From the human T2T-CHM13v2.0 reference genome, Homo sapiens, in contig CP086569.2 in assembly GCA_009914755.4 (NCBI GenBank), forward strand, positions 4,896,001 to 4,960,000: a DNA stretch of 64,000 nucleotides, written 5' to 3'. Position numbers and translations under genes: made by a program. Within the stretch, counting starts at the first letter, position 1; every line of letters starts with the position of its first letter. Positions 13,154-27,867 of this stretch are shown piece by piece. The notes under the pieces are model-generated. The model did not search any database, was not told the origin of the DNA, and saw only the letters and a list, made by a program, of their open reading frames with translations.

Positions 13154-16100
13154 TATGTGTGCCTTTTTAGGTGAAGTGTTTCTTGTAAGCAACAGATCAG
13201 TGGGTCTTGCTTCTTTATCCATGCAGCTGGTTTATGTCTTCCGATTGGAGAATTCAGTCTATTTACATTTAATGTTACTATTGATAAGTAAGGACCTACT
13301 CTTGCCATTTTCTTATTTATTTTCTGGTTGTTTATGATCTTCTCTTTCTTTTTTCTTTCCTTCCTGTCTTCCTCTAGTGAAGGTTATTTTCTCTGGTGAT
13401 ACGATTAAGTTTCTTTCTTTTTATTTTTTATGTATCCATTATATGCTTTTTGGTTTGGAGGTTACTGTGAGGCTTGCAAATACTAACTTATATCCTCTTA
13501 TTTTAATATGATAACAACTTAATACTCTTTGTATAACAAACAAAAAGAAAGAAAACAAATAAAAACTCTATGCCTCAACTTAGCTCCCCCACTTTTAACC
13601 TTTTTGTTGTTTCTATTTATATCTTATTGTACTGACTCTGTCTTGAAAAGTTGTTGTAGTTATTATTTTTGATGGGTTCATTTTTTGCTTTTCTGCTTAA
13701 GATAAAAGTAGTTTACATGCCACAGTTAGTTTTATAATATTCTGTATTTTTCTGTGTACTTACTATTATCATTAGGTTTTGTATTTTCAGGTGATTATTT
13801 ATTGCTTATTAATGTCCTTTTCTTTCTAATTGAAGTACTCCCTATAGCATTTCCTGTAGGCCTGGTCTGATATTGCTGAAATGACACTGCTTTTGTTTGT
13901 CTGAGAAAGTCTTCATTTCTCTTGCATGTTTGATGAATATTTTAGCTGGATATACTATTCTAGGGTAAAAGTTTTTTTTCCTTCAGCACTTTAAATATGT
14001 CATGCCACTCTCCCCTTGCCTGTAAGGTTTCCACTGAAAAGTCAACTGCCAGATATATTGGAGCTCCAGTGTATGACATGTGTTGTTTTCTCTTGCTGCT
14101 TTTAGAATCCGTTCTTAACTGTTAACCTTTGAGAGTATGATTATTAAATGGCTTGAGGTAACCTTCTCCAGGTTGAATCTGCTTTATGTTCGATTTCTTT
14201 CTTATACTTGGATATTGATGTCTTTCTCTAGGTTTGAGAAGTTTTCTGTTATTATCCCTTTGAATTATCTTTCTACTCCTATCTCTTTCTCTACTTCCTT
14301 CAAGGCTAATAACTCTTAAATTTGTACTTTTGAGGCTATCTTCTTGATCCTATAGGTGTGCTTCATTTTTTTTATTCTTTTTTCTTTTGACTCTTCTGTG
14401 TATTTTCAAATAGCCTGTCTTCAAGCTCAGTAATTCTTTCTTCTGCTTGATCAATTCTGCTAATTAAAGGATGATGATGCATTATTCAGTAAGCCAATTG
14501 CATTGTTCAGCTTCAGAATTTCTGCATTATTATTCATAATTATTTTAATCTCTTTGTTCAGTTTATCAGATAGAATTCTAAATTCCTTCTCCGTGTTATC
14601 TTGACCTTTTTTTGAGTTTCCTCAACACAGCTATTTTGAATTATCTGTCTGCAAGGTCACATACCCCTGTTCCTCCAGGACTGGTCCCTAGTTCTTAGTG
14701 AGTTCATTTGGTGAGGTCATGTTTTTCTGGATGGTGGTGATGCTAGTAGATATTCTTCAGTGTCTGGGCATTGAAGAGCTAGATAGGTATTGTAGTCTTC
14801 ACTGTCTTATCTGTAGCCACCCTTCTTTGGAAGGCTTTCCAGATGTTTGAAAGGATGTGAGTGTTGTGATCTAAGCTGTATCTTCTTTAGGGGGCACTCC
14901 AATCCCATTAATGCTGTGGTTCTTGCAGACGCATAGTGGTGCTGCCTTTATGGTATTAAACAAGATCCAAGAGATTTCTCTGGATTATCAGGCAGAGACT
15001 CTTGTTCTCTTCTCTTACATTGCCCCAAACAAACAGAGTCCCTCTCTATCTTTTCTAACCCATGTAAAGCTGGAGCTGGAGTGACAATAAGCACCCCTGT
15101 GGTCACCACCACTATGACCCTGCTGGGTCACACCTGAAGCCAGCACAGTGCTGGGTCTCATTTAAGACCCACTATAACTACTCCCTGGCTACTTCCCATG
15201 TTTGCTCAAGGCTCTGGTGCTCTACAATCAGCATGTGTCAAAGCCAGCCAAGCCTATGTTCTTCCCTTCATGGCAGTGAGGTCCCCCAGACCCTATGTGC
15301 GTCCAGAAGAACTGTTTGGTAGTCAGGGACTAGCATCAAAAACCTTAGAAATCTACCTAATGTTTTACTGTATTGCACCTGAGCTGATATTCAAACCACA
15401 AGACACAGTTCTTCCCACTCTTTCCCCCTCTTTCCAAAGGCAGAGGAGCCTCTCGCCATAGCCACCACCACCTCAGGCCATGACGTATACTGCCAGACTA
15501 CCACCAATACTCCCTTATGACCCAAGGTCTCTTAAGTCAACTTATTGTGAATGCTGCCTGCCCTGGGACTCACCCTTCAGGGCAATGGCCTCTCCTCTGA
15601 CTCAGGTCAGGTCCAGAAATGCCACCTAAGGGTCAAGTCCTATAATCACAGACCCCAAGAGCTCACTTGGTGGTCTACTGACCTCCACCCCTGTGGCCTG
15701 ATATTGCTGAAATCCCACAGCTTTTGGTTGTGCTGGTACCTCAGATGCAAGACAAAGTCCCATTTACTTTTCTGTCTGCTTTTCTCAAGCAGGAGTTTTG
15801 CCCCAGAGCCACCATATCTGTTAATGCACTGAGCCTCACCTGGAGCCAGCCCATCTCAGAGACTGACCAAGACCCTCAATGTAGTACCTGGGTATTGCTG
15901 CTGGTTATGCAGGGCCGAAGAGCTCTTCAGTTAGCAGACGATAAAAGCTGGCAGGAATGGGTCCTTTCCTTCAAGGCAGCAGGTTCCCTTCTGGCCCAGG
16001 GTGTGTCTAGAAATGTCATCTGGAAGCTAAAGCCTGGAATGGGGGGCCTCATGACTCTGACCAGTGCCTTATCCTGCTGTGGTTCAGGTGGTATCCTAGA

Positions 16101-17769
16101 TGAAAGACAAAGTCCTTCCCACCCTTCCTTCTCCTCTCTTCAAGTGGAAGAAAGGGGTGTCTTTCAGTGCTGAAAGCTGTGCAGCCTGGGGTTAGGGTAG
16201 GGATGATTCTAACACTCCCTTGACTTCTCCAGCTGGTGCCTCAGTATGCCAGGTTTCTTCAGTTTTCTGTCTCTGGGCCTAGTTCAGCACTAGGACTCAC
16301 ATACACGTTGCAATTCTTATGGCCTAGACAGCCTTTCAAGTTTACTTTGAGACAGAGTGTGGTAGCCTTTGATGGTGAGGTTTGCAGACACTCAGGTATG
16401 GACCTCTGGTTTCAAGGGATCCTTCTCTGGCTAGGGCTGATTTAAATGCTCCTCCTGTGGGCGGGGGTCAGCTGAATTTGCTCTGGTTTTGCTTTCTGCT
16501 TTAACAGGACAGCACTTATTTCAGCGCCTCACGATTGCTGTGTTTTCTCTCCTTCGGTGTCCAGAGAAGCTCTCTGCACCATGCCAAGGTGGGGGAGTGG
16601 TAGCATCGGTAATTCTACAGGGTTTATTTCTTCAGTGCAACTTTAGGACATATGAAGTTAAAACTAGGTACTATGAGTGCTCGCCTGATTTTTGTTTCTT
16701 ATGAAAGTTTTTTTTTTTCCTGTATAGATAGTTGTTAACTTGGTGTCCTTGCTGGGGGGCAACTATAGGTAGAGCTTTCTATTCTGTCATCTTGCTCTGT
16801 CTCCCTTGTATATTTCCTGCTCTTTCCAAATTAATATGTTAATTTTTCTTATTTTATCTTTCTTAATGAAATAAGTTTTCATTATTACTTATGAGTGACA
16901 CAAACTATTGTACTGATCAAAAGTAAAGATACACTTACTGGTGAAGGGATGCCAATATGTTTTCTTTAGATATCAGGTGAACTTGAGCAAAATGCTTGTT
17001 ACTCCACTTTATAGATAACCTTTGATGCTTAGGCACTGATAAAGAAATCGGAACAAACAAACTCAAAATAAAATGAGCAAACTCATCCCACAAATACTTT
17101 ATTTTATAGAAATAGCACTTTTAGCCAAATGTGAATACAATTGCAATAGCTGTGTTTTTAAGAAAATCAGCAAAATTTTATGTGCTCCATTTTAGTAACT
17201 ATATTTGAAATATCTAAGTTTATTCCCATTATTAAGATTGGACATTGTTATGATTGCGTTTCCTTTCAAAAGATGTATTCTAGCTCAATTTCCCTAGCTT
17301 CCAGGTAAGAATAATAGAAATATTAAAATAGAGCTGTGGTTTGCTATAATTTTACAGGGTATTTTGTGGTCAAGTTCTAAAATTATCAAGAGCATATTTT
17401 TATGTTTTTGAACTTTAAGTTTTTAACAAGATAGTCTATCCTAAATCTTAAATATATTAATCAGCAACAAAATGGCATAGAATGAGAACAGTGTTAAGGA
17501 AACCTTGAAAATAATAAAAAGTATGTGGCTTCTTACATATGACATACTAAGGCAATGCCATTATCATGCTGTATTACAAATAAAATGTAAATTACAATGC
17601 AATGAAAATAATTTCACAATCATTTTATTGTTTTAAGCATACCAATATCTTGAAATTTTTCAGGAAAGAATTGCTTTCAGAAAGATTTGCCTTCTCAAGA
17701 TTGAAGCACATTTTATATTGAATTAACTGATATGCTATGAAACCCAGGCCCCTTGATAAAAAACAGTGA

Positions 17770-18085
<316 letters not shown>

Positions 18086-18815
18086 TGTTGCATTTTCACT
18101 AACTTATGACTTCTCTAGTATTTATATAAAAAACAGAGACAATATCTCTACAAATCAACTTTATATAATTATTTTAACAAATCCTTTGATTATATATAAC
18201 CAAACTGTTCTGTGCACATGGAAAAATGAATATGATAGGAATATGATTCTCAGGTGATTAAAAAATAATATTCTCTTTCATCAAAATAAGCAAATACCTA
18301 CTTGTAAGGAACAATGCAAAGAAAAAGAAATATTTTTGCAAATGATCAACTGTCATTTAAAATAGATAGCATCTAAGTTGCCTTATACCCCAAATGTAAA
18401 TGGACCTTCATATTTTGAACAGTGAAGCCAATTACAGAAATTTGTCATCATTCTTGTCATCTGGGATGATCATTAAAATATCTTTAGTGATTACATCTCT
18501 CATTTTTCTTCTTACTTATCATGTGTTTACAGACATAGCCAATAATATGACTTTTCTACCTAGAATTATTATAAATTCATCACAATGACCGGTACGTAGG
18601 TACTGTTTTACCCCCTCAGAGAGTTCTTTCATTACCTCATTAATTCATAATCCACACAGTTTTCCATGTGTGCAGAACAGTTTGATCTTATATATTCAAA
18701 ATATTTGATTAAATAATTCTATAAGATGGATATGCATAGATATTGTCTCTATTTTTTAGATGAATACTAGATAAATCATAAGCTAGTGAAAAAGCCATAA
18801 TCACTATTTTTTTTT

Positions 18816-19496
18816 CTGACTTTTAGGTTCAGGAGATACATGTGCAGGTCTCTTATATGGGTAAATTGTTTGTCACTTGGGTTTGGTGTACAAATGATCC
18901 CGTCACCCAAGTAGTGAGCACAGTACCTGATAGTATTTCAGTGCTCACTCTCCTCCTACCCTCCCCACTGTAGTAATACCCAGAATCTATTATTCTCATC
19001 TTTGTGTCCACATGTACTCAATGTTTAGCTCCTACTTATAAGTGAGAACATGAGATATTTGGATTCCTGTTCCTGTGCTAATTCACTTAGGATAATGGCC
19101 TACAGCCACATCCATGTTACTGCAAGCGGAATGATTTTATTCTTTTTATGGCTATGTAGTATTCCATGGTGTATATACACCACATTTTCTTTATTCAGTC
19201 CACAGCCAATGGGTATCTAGGTTGATTCCATGTTTTTGCTATTGTGAATAGTGCTGTAATGAACATACACATGAATGCATCTTTATGGCAGAACAATTTA
19301 TATTTCTTTGGGTATATAACCAGGAATAGGATTGCTGGATTGAACAGTATTTCTGTTTTAAGCTCTTTGAGTAATTTCCATTGCTTTCCCCAGTGGCTAA
19401 ACTAATTGACATTTCCACCAACAGCCTATAAGCATTCCCTGTTTTCTGCAACCTCACCAACATGATATTTTTTGACTTTTTAGTAATAGCCATTCC
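18816..19496 (-). mobile_element. 5'-truncated L1PA-type 3' end (about 680 bp), antisense, with a TSD that carries an indel
   Basis: Antisense L1 3' UTR and ORF2 end: 'ctgacttttaggttcaggagatacatgtgcaggtc ... tccatggtgtatatacaccacattttctttattcagtccacagccaatgggtatctaggttgattccatgtttttgctattgtgaatagtgctg'. Flanks are 'aaaaagccataatcactattttt' (18789-18811) and 'aaaaagtcactattttt' (19497-19513). Confidence 0.85.
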
Positions 19497-20986
19497 AAAA
19501 AGTCACTATTTTTATCCAAGTGCCCCAGTTTCATAGCATATCACTTAATTCAATGTAAAATGTGTTTCAATTTTGACGAGGCAAATATTCCTGAAAGAAA
19601 ATGTGTTCTAAATTTGTTGCTTGACCAACTGTCTTATTTCAAGTGGTGAATATAATACAAGAAGTATAGAAAAGAATGTTTATGGCCTTGAACGATTTTA
19701 CAAATTTGAAGGAAGAGCAAACACCAAAAACATATCTTCTTAGTGGATGTCATTTCCCATTTTCCCACCCTGATGCCTTGCTCTATAAGTCAAATTAGGT
19801 AGATATACAGATTGATAGAAGATAGAATTGTTGATAAAAACAGCAAGAACATTGATACTTAGATTTTAGAATCAGCATTACAAGAGATCCTGAAAATCAT
19901 TTAGTGGAAACCAGAGTCTTATAGAGGAAGCCACTAAAATCTGGAGAATAGTGACTTGCCAAAAATCCAAAATTTTGTTTCAGTGTTAGAGCCAGTCTCA
20001 GAATCTAGGCCTTCTTTCCCCATGTAGTAGTTTTTTATATATTTTTAATTTATTCTAATGAATCTTCTAATATCTAAGAGGCAATTCTTGTTTTATGTGA
20101 TAGTTTTTTCAAAAGTCAATCTTGACATATGGGGCCATTACAGCAAACTAATAGGCAAATCTAGCATATATCCTTTGTACTTTAAAAACATTAGACACAA
20201 CTTGATTCTTCAGGTTATATGAAAATAATGAAGTGGTGGTGAATACATAGAACAGATGTGTGTTCATAAAGACCATGTGGTTTTTTTTTTGTTTAATGTA
20301 GTAATGTTTTGATGTGCTGCTGAGGGGCTTATCTTAGGGAGATAGCAAAATGGCAGCTGGTTTTACCCTAGAAGACCTCTTACTAGATAAATTCCAGCTG
20401 TGAATATATGATGTTTCCTTAAATGGGCAAAGAGAAGTTATCCCATATGTAAAATTATTCTCAACATCTGTGCTGCTTTAGGAACCATATTCTCTTTGTA
20501 ATTGGCTTCTGTAAGAGGATTTTTTTCCCTTAAAAATGTAGAGAACTGAATTTGTACAAAATGTTTATAAATAATTCGAAAGAGGACTTTAAAAGTACTT
20601 TTTGCAAGTTTGTTCTTCTTGCAAGTATAAATGTATACAAGTATAAATATATTTGAACAGATCTAAGTACAATCAGTGTTAAACAAGTAGTTAAAGTAGT
20701 ATGTGCCTCACATTATAAAATCTCTGCCTAAAATGACTTGTGGGTGTGCAAAGGTAGACCTGGTACATGTCCATAATTCTATTGGACAAAAGTCTTTTGG
20801 ATTTTGTAAAAATACTATGGAAGCATGCTCCAGAGATTTTGTGGGTTTGATTTCAGACCACTGCAATAAAACGAATATTCAAAAAAGTGAGTCATGGAAA
20901 TTTTTTAGTATAAACATAAAAAAGTTATGTTTATGCTATACTGTAGCTTATTAAGTGTGCAATAGCATTAATGTCTAATAAAATAA

Positions 20987-22249
<1,263 letters not shown>

Positions 22250-22298
22250 CTCAAACAAATTTACAAGAAAAAAAACAAACAACCCCATCAACAAGTGG

Positions 22299-22910
22299 GT
22301 GAAGGATATGAACAGACACTTCTCAAAAGAAGACATTTATGCAGCCAACAGACACATGAAGAAATGCTCATCATCACTGGCCATCAGAGAAATGCAAATC
22401 AAAACCACAATGAGATACCATCTCACACCAGTTAGAATGGCAATCATTAAAAAGTCAGGAAACAATAGGTGCTGGAGAGGATGTGGAGAAATAGGAACAC
22501 TTTTACACTGTTGGTGGGACTGTAAACTAGTTCAACCATTGTGGAAGTCAGTGTGGCGATTCCTCAGGGATCTAGAACTAGAAATATCATTTGACCCAGC
22601 CATCCCATTACTGGGTATATACCCAAAGGGCTACAAATCATGCTGCTATAAAGACACATGCACACGTATGTTTATTGCGGCACTATTCACAATAGCAAAG
22701 ACTTGGAACAAAGCCAAATGTTCAACAATGATAGACTGGATTCAGAAAATGTGGCACATATACACCATGGAATACTATGCAGTCATAAAAAATGATGAGC
22801 TTATATCCTTTGTAGGGACATGGTTGAAGCTGGAAACCATCATTCTCAGAAAACTATCGCAAGGAGAAAAATCCAAACACTGCATGTTCTCACTCATAGG
22901 TGGGAATTGA
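22299..22910 (+). pseudogene. L1 ORF2 C-terminal segment (203 aa) of the same young L1, frame-separated from the previous segment
   Basis: '[132 protein letters not shown]...[52 protein letters not shown]' matches the L1HS ORF2 C-terminus. Confidence 0.9.
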
Positions 22911-23599
22911 ACAATGAGAACACATGGGCACAGGAAGTGGAACATCACACACCAGGGCCTGTTGGGGGTCGGGGGAGTGGGGATGGATAGCATTAGGAGA
23001 TATACCTAATGTTAAATGACGAGTTAATGGGTGCAGCACACCAACATGGCACATGTATACATATGGAACAAACCTGCATGTTGTGCACATGTACCCTAAA
23101 ACTTAAAGTATAATAAAAATAAATAAATAAAACATTTCATGCTGCAAAAAAAGATAAAATAAAACAAAATAAAATAAAATAATGTGCGTATCTTAATTTC
23201 AAAATATTTTATTGCTAAAAATGCTAACACTCATCTGAGGCTTCATTGCTTTGAAATCTTTTTTTTTAAAGAAAGAAAATGGTGGACTTTAATCTTTATT
23301 TACAGGACACTGTGAGATATGAAATTCCATTGAAATCTTTTTGCTGGTGAAGGGTCTTGCCTTGATGTTGGCAATGAGGTATGGCTAATGGGGTGGTGGA
23401 TGCTGAAGTTTGGAGTAGTTGTGACAATTTCTTAAAAGAAGATCATAGTAAAGTTTGCTACATTGATTGGCTCTTCCTTTCCTGACAAAAATACTCTGTA
23501 GCATGCAATGCTGTTTGATAGCGTGTTACCCACAGCAAAACTTCTTTCAAGATTTCAGTCAATCCTTTTATACCCTGCCACTGCCTTATCAAGTAAGTT

Positions 23600-25001
23600 C
23601 ATGTAATATTCTAAATCTTTTGTTGTCATTTCAACAATGTTCACCGCATCTTCACCAGAAGTAGATTTTATCTCAAGAAACCACTTTTTTATCATTCGTA
23701 AGAAGCAACTTTGTATCCATTCAAGTTTTATCATGATATTGCAACAATTCAGTCACATCCTCAAGCTCCACTTGTAAGTCTAGTTCTTTTGCTACTTCCA
23801 CAACATCTACAGTGGCTTCCTTCAATGAAGTCTTGAACCCCTCAAAGTCATCCATGAGTGGGGGAATCACCTTCTTCCAAGCTCTTGTCAATATTGATAT
23901 TTTGACCTCCTCCCATGAATCATGAATGTTCTTCATGGGATTTAGAATGATGAATCTTTTTCAGAACCATTTCCATTTGCATTTCTCAGATTCATCAGAC
24001 AAATCACTAACTATGGCAGCTATAACCTTATGAAATGTAGTTCTTAAATGATAATACTTGAGAGTTGAAATTACTCCTGATTCATGGACTGCAGGATGAA
24101 TGTTTTGTTAGCAGTCATGAAAACAACATTAATTTCCTTTTATATCTTTTTCAGAAGTGTTGGGCGACCAGTTGCATTGTCAATAAGCAAATATTTTGAA
24201 ATTAATCTTTTTTTTAGCATTAGGGATCAACGGTCAGCTTAAAATATTTAATACACCATGCTGTAAACAGATGTGCTGTCATCCAGGCTTTGTTGTTGTA
24301 TGTGTAGAGCACAGGCAGAGTAGATTTAGCATCATCCTTAAGGGCCCTAGCATTTTCAGAATAGTAAATGATCATTGGCTTCAATTTAAAGTCACCAGCT
24401 GCATTAGGCCCTAACAAGAGAGTCAATATGTACTTTGAAGCTTTAAAGCCAGGTATTGACTTCTCTGTAGCCATGAAATTCCTATATAGCATCTTCTTCC
24501 TATATAAGGCTGCTTCATCTACACTGAAAATCTGTTGTTCAGTGTAGCCACCTTCATTAATTATCTTAGCTAGATCTTCCGGATAACTTGCTGCAGCTTC
24601 TTTATAAGCACTTGCTGCACTTTTATATTATGGAGATGGCTTCTTTCCTTAAACCTCATGACCAACCTCTGCTAACTTCATTTTTTTTTTTCCTGTAGCT
24701 TTCTCGCCTCTTTCAGCCTTCGTAGAATTGAAGAGTGTTAGGAACTTTTTCTGGATTAAGCTTTGGCTGAAGGGAACGTTGTGGATGGTTTGATCTTCTA
24801 TCTAGACCTCTGAAACTTTCTCCATATTGGCCATAAGGCAGTTTCACTTTCTATCATTTTTGTGTTCACTGGAGTAGCACTTTCAATTTTCTTCAAGAAC
24901 TTTTCCTTTGCATTAACAATGTGGCTAACTTTTTGGCACAAGAAGCCTAGTTTTCTGCCTATCTTGGCTTTTGGTATGCTTTCCTCAATAAACTTAATCA
25001 T
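23600..25001 (-). pseudogene. Tigger1 pogo-type transposase remnants (CENP-B-like DNA-binding N-terminus plus DDE-domain region); multiple frameshifts and stops
   Basis: Minus-strand ORFs 24798..25001, 24220..24492 ('...[67 protein letters not shown]') and 23721..23936 resemble the Tigger1 transposase. No single ORF longer than about 90 aa survives. Confidence 0.7.
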
Positions 25002-25189
25002 TTTTAGCTTCTAATTTAAATGAGAGACATGTGACTTTTCCTTTCATTTGAACACTTAGAGGCCATTTTAGCGTCATTAACTGGCCTACTTTAAGGAGTG
25101 TTGTATCTCAGAAAATAGGTAGGCTGAAGGAGAAGGAGAGATACATGGAAAGGGCCAGTTCACGTCGCAGTCAGAACAGACAGGACATT

Positions 25190-25475
25190 CATCAATTAAG
25201 TTTTTCATTTTATATGAGCAAGGTTTGTGGATTCCCAAATAATTATAATAGTAACATCTATAGCCAAAAATAATTAAATTGTACATTTTAAAATAACAAA
25301 AAGTGTAACTAGATTGTTTGTAACACAAAATATAAATGCCTGAAGTGACGGATACTCCATTTAACCTGATGTGACTATTACACATTGCATGCCTGTATCA
25401 AAATATCTAATGTAACCCATAAATACATACACCTACTATGTACCCACAAAAATTAAAAATTATGAAAAAGAACAC
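25190..25475 (+). mobile_element. Old L1 (L1MA/L1PB-type) 3' UTR fragment, sense on the + strand
   Basis: '..gattgtttgtaacacaaaatataaatgcctgaagtgacggatactccatttaacctgatgtgactattacacattgcatgcctgtatcaaaatatctaatgtaacccataaatacatacacctactatgtacccacaaaaattaaaaattatg' is the reverse complement of the antisense 3' UTR seen at 8514 and 38440. Confidence 0.6.
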
Positions 25476-25508
25476 TGATCACAGATTACCATAAGAGATA
25501 TAATAGTA

Positions 25509-25806
25509 GGTGGGGCACGGTGGCTCACCCCTGTAATCCCAACACTTTGGGAGGCTGAGATGGGCAGATCGCTTGAGGTCAGGAGTTCAAGTCCAGACTG
25601 GGCAACATGGCAAAACCTTGTCTCTATAAAAAAAAAAAACAAAAAACAGCTGACTGCCGTAGCGCATGTTTGTAATCCCAGCTACTTGGGAGGCTGAGAC
25701 ATGAGAATGGCTTGAACCTGGGAGGTTGAGGTTGCAGTGAGCTGAGAAGCCAAGATGGTGCCACGGCACTCCAGCCTGGATGACAGAGTGAGACTCTGTC
25801 TCAAAT
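25509..25806 (+). mobile_element. Alu SINE (sense), followed by an (AT)n/(GA)n-modified tail
   Basis: 'ggtggggcacggtggctcacccctgtaatcccaacactttgggaggctgagatgggcagatcgcttgaggtcaggagttcaagtccagactgggcaacatggcaaaacc ... gcactccagcctggatgacagagtgagactctgtctcaaa', then 'tatatatatagagagagataataataac'. Confidence 0.9.
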
Positions 25807-26843
25807 ATATATATAGAGAGAGATAATAATAACAAAAAAGTTTTGAACATTGCAAGAATTACCAAAAAGTGACATAGAGACACAAAGTGAGCATTGGCTG
25901 TTGGAAAAATGAAAAATGGCACCAGTAGATTTGCTTAATGTAGGGTTGCTATAAACCTTCAGATTTAAAAAAAAAAAAGCAATATCTATGAAGCACAACG
26001 AAATGAAGCACAATAAAATGAGCTATGTCTGTATTGAGTCTTGTTAATGTTGTTCATGGTGATTAACACAAAATAGTAAATATTCAGACTTTACTAGTTT
26101 GTGAAATATCTGCATACCAACAACCATAACAAGCAGCCAAATGGTTAGGCTGAGAGAACTAGATGCTTTAGTAGCTACTGTATTTGGCATTTATTTGTCT
26201 CATTCTTACTATCTGCTGTCATAGCTGATGAGAGGTTCCTCATAAAGATGACTGGAAAAAGATTATCTGAAACCATTATGTATTGGCTGAGTCTCAATCA
26301 CAAATGATACCAGAGTTTGTTTTTCAAGCACATTAGACAAATAGATGTCAATAAAATTGTGTAGATATATTTTGTTTTAAAAAATAATGATAATTTAAGA
26401 AAATAGTTATAAGAACAAAAAATCAATATTAACATCTGCAAAATCTTAAATAGATATAATTAATGTATGTTGCTAAGTAGAGCATTTTTTAATGATAATG
26501 TTAACAGTTTTTTAAAAATTGACCAGGATGTGTAGAGTCAAAAATGCCACTGCCTTGTTACCAGTTATCTTTGAATGCAATTTCTAATTAAATATTCCAA
26601 AAGTGGTCTGAACAATGGTAGCCCACTTGTGAGTAATGAATACAGCCTCTCAGGACAGCTATCTGGAAATTAATGGCATTTGTCTAAATATGTATGTTCT
26701 GATAAGTTTGTTAAACACCAGTTGTATTAATATACAGCCATGCTTCATATAGTGTCTAGTTATGATGTGATACTAATTATTATCTTTCTCATTGATCCCA
26801 TGTGATCTAATAATTATTTGTAGAGCCATGTAGGTGTTTGCAT

Positions 26844-26870
26844 GTGTACACACACACATACACACACATT
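26844..26870. repeat. Short interrupted (CA)n microsatellite
   Basis: 'gtgtacacacacacatacacacacatt'. Confidence 0.6.
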
Positions 26871-27079
26871 GCCCATTGAAAATGAAAAAGAACAGTCTCA
26901 TTGCCTGTGTTCTAGGCACACTACACCTTCGTTTATAATCTTACATGTATCAGAAAAAACTTTATGCTATAAATCCGGAGTCAGTAAACTATGAATCCTG
27001 GGCACATACAACACATACAATCTTTCCAGGAGCTACAGATTTTTTTTTTTAACATTTTTAAGTGTTGAAATAAATCAGA

Positions 27080-27867
27080 TTTAGAGGGTAAGATGGCTCA
27101 ATAGACACAACCAGGTGGAACAGCTAACACTGAGGGATCGAGACAACTGGCACACTTCTAACAGATCTTCAGTGGTAAGGCACTGAGAGTGGATGGAGGA
27201 AAGTCACAGAAGCTGGGCTGAAGAGGAAGGAAGCTGGAAACACTGCATAGGGCTACTTCACACCAGGACTCATTCTTGGCCCCCAGTGACCCCAGGAGAA
27301 CAGGCGAGTTAAACTGTCAAGGAGTAACCTGCTTTTGTCAAGAGCCTCTGGAATCCCAGCAGGAGGAGACCCCCTTGACCCCACTAACAGTATTACACAC
27401 ATCATTGAGGCAGAACATTTGCAAAGATATTCAGGACCTGAACTTAACACTATATCAAGTGGACCTGATAGACATCTACAGAAAGTTCCATTCAAAAGCA
27501 ATATTATATACATTCTTCTCATCACCACATGGCATATACTCTAAAATCAACCGCATAATCAGACACACTCTTCAGCAAGTGCAAAGGAACTGAAATTATA
27601 ATAACCACTCTGTTGGACCACAGCACAATTAAATCAGGAATCAGGTCTAAGAAATTTTCTTAAAACCATACGATTACATGGAAACTGAATAACCTGCTCC
27701 TGAATAACTTTCAGGTAAATAATGAAATTGAGCCAGCAATCAAGTTATTTGAAACTAATGAGAATAAAGATACAACATTCAAGAATCACTGGGACACAGC
27801 GAAGGCAGTGTTTAGGGGGAAACTTATAGCACTAAACGCCCACAGCAACAATTTAAAAGGATCTCAG
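27080..27867 (+). mobile_element. Older L1 fragment: a 5'-UTR-like start ('gagggtaagatggctcaatagacacaaccagg') fused by internal deletion to an ORF2 endonuclease-end segment
   Basis: The YY1-box-like 'aagatggc' 5' end is followed from about 27400 by ORF2-homologous sequence ('...gatattcaggacctgaacttaacactatatcaagtggacctgatagacatctacagaaagttccattcaaaagcaatattatatacattcttctcatcaccacatggcatatactctaaaatcaaccgcata...'). That sequence is only about 70% similar to the equivalent region of the downstream full-length L1 (30700-31180), so it is a different, older family. Confidence 0.55.
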
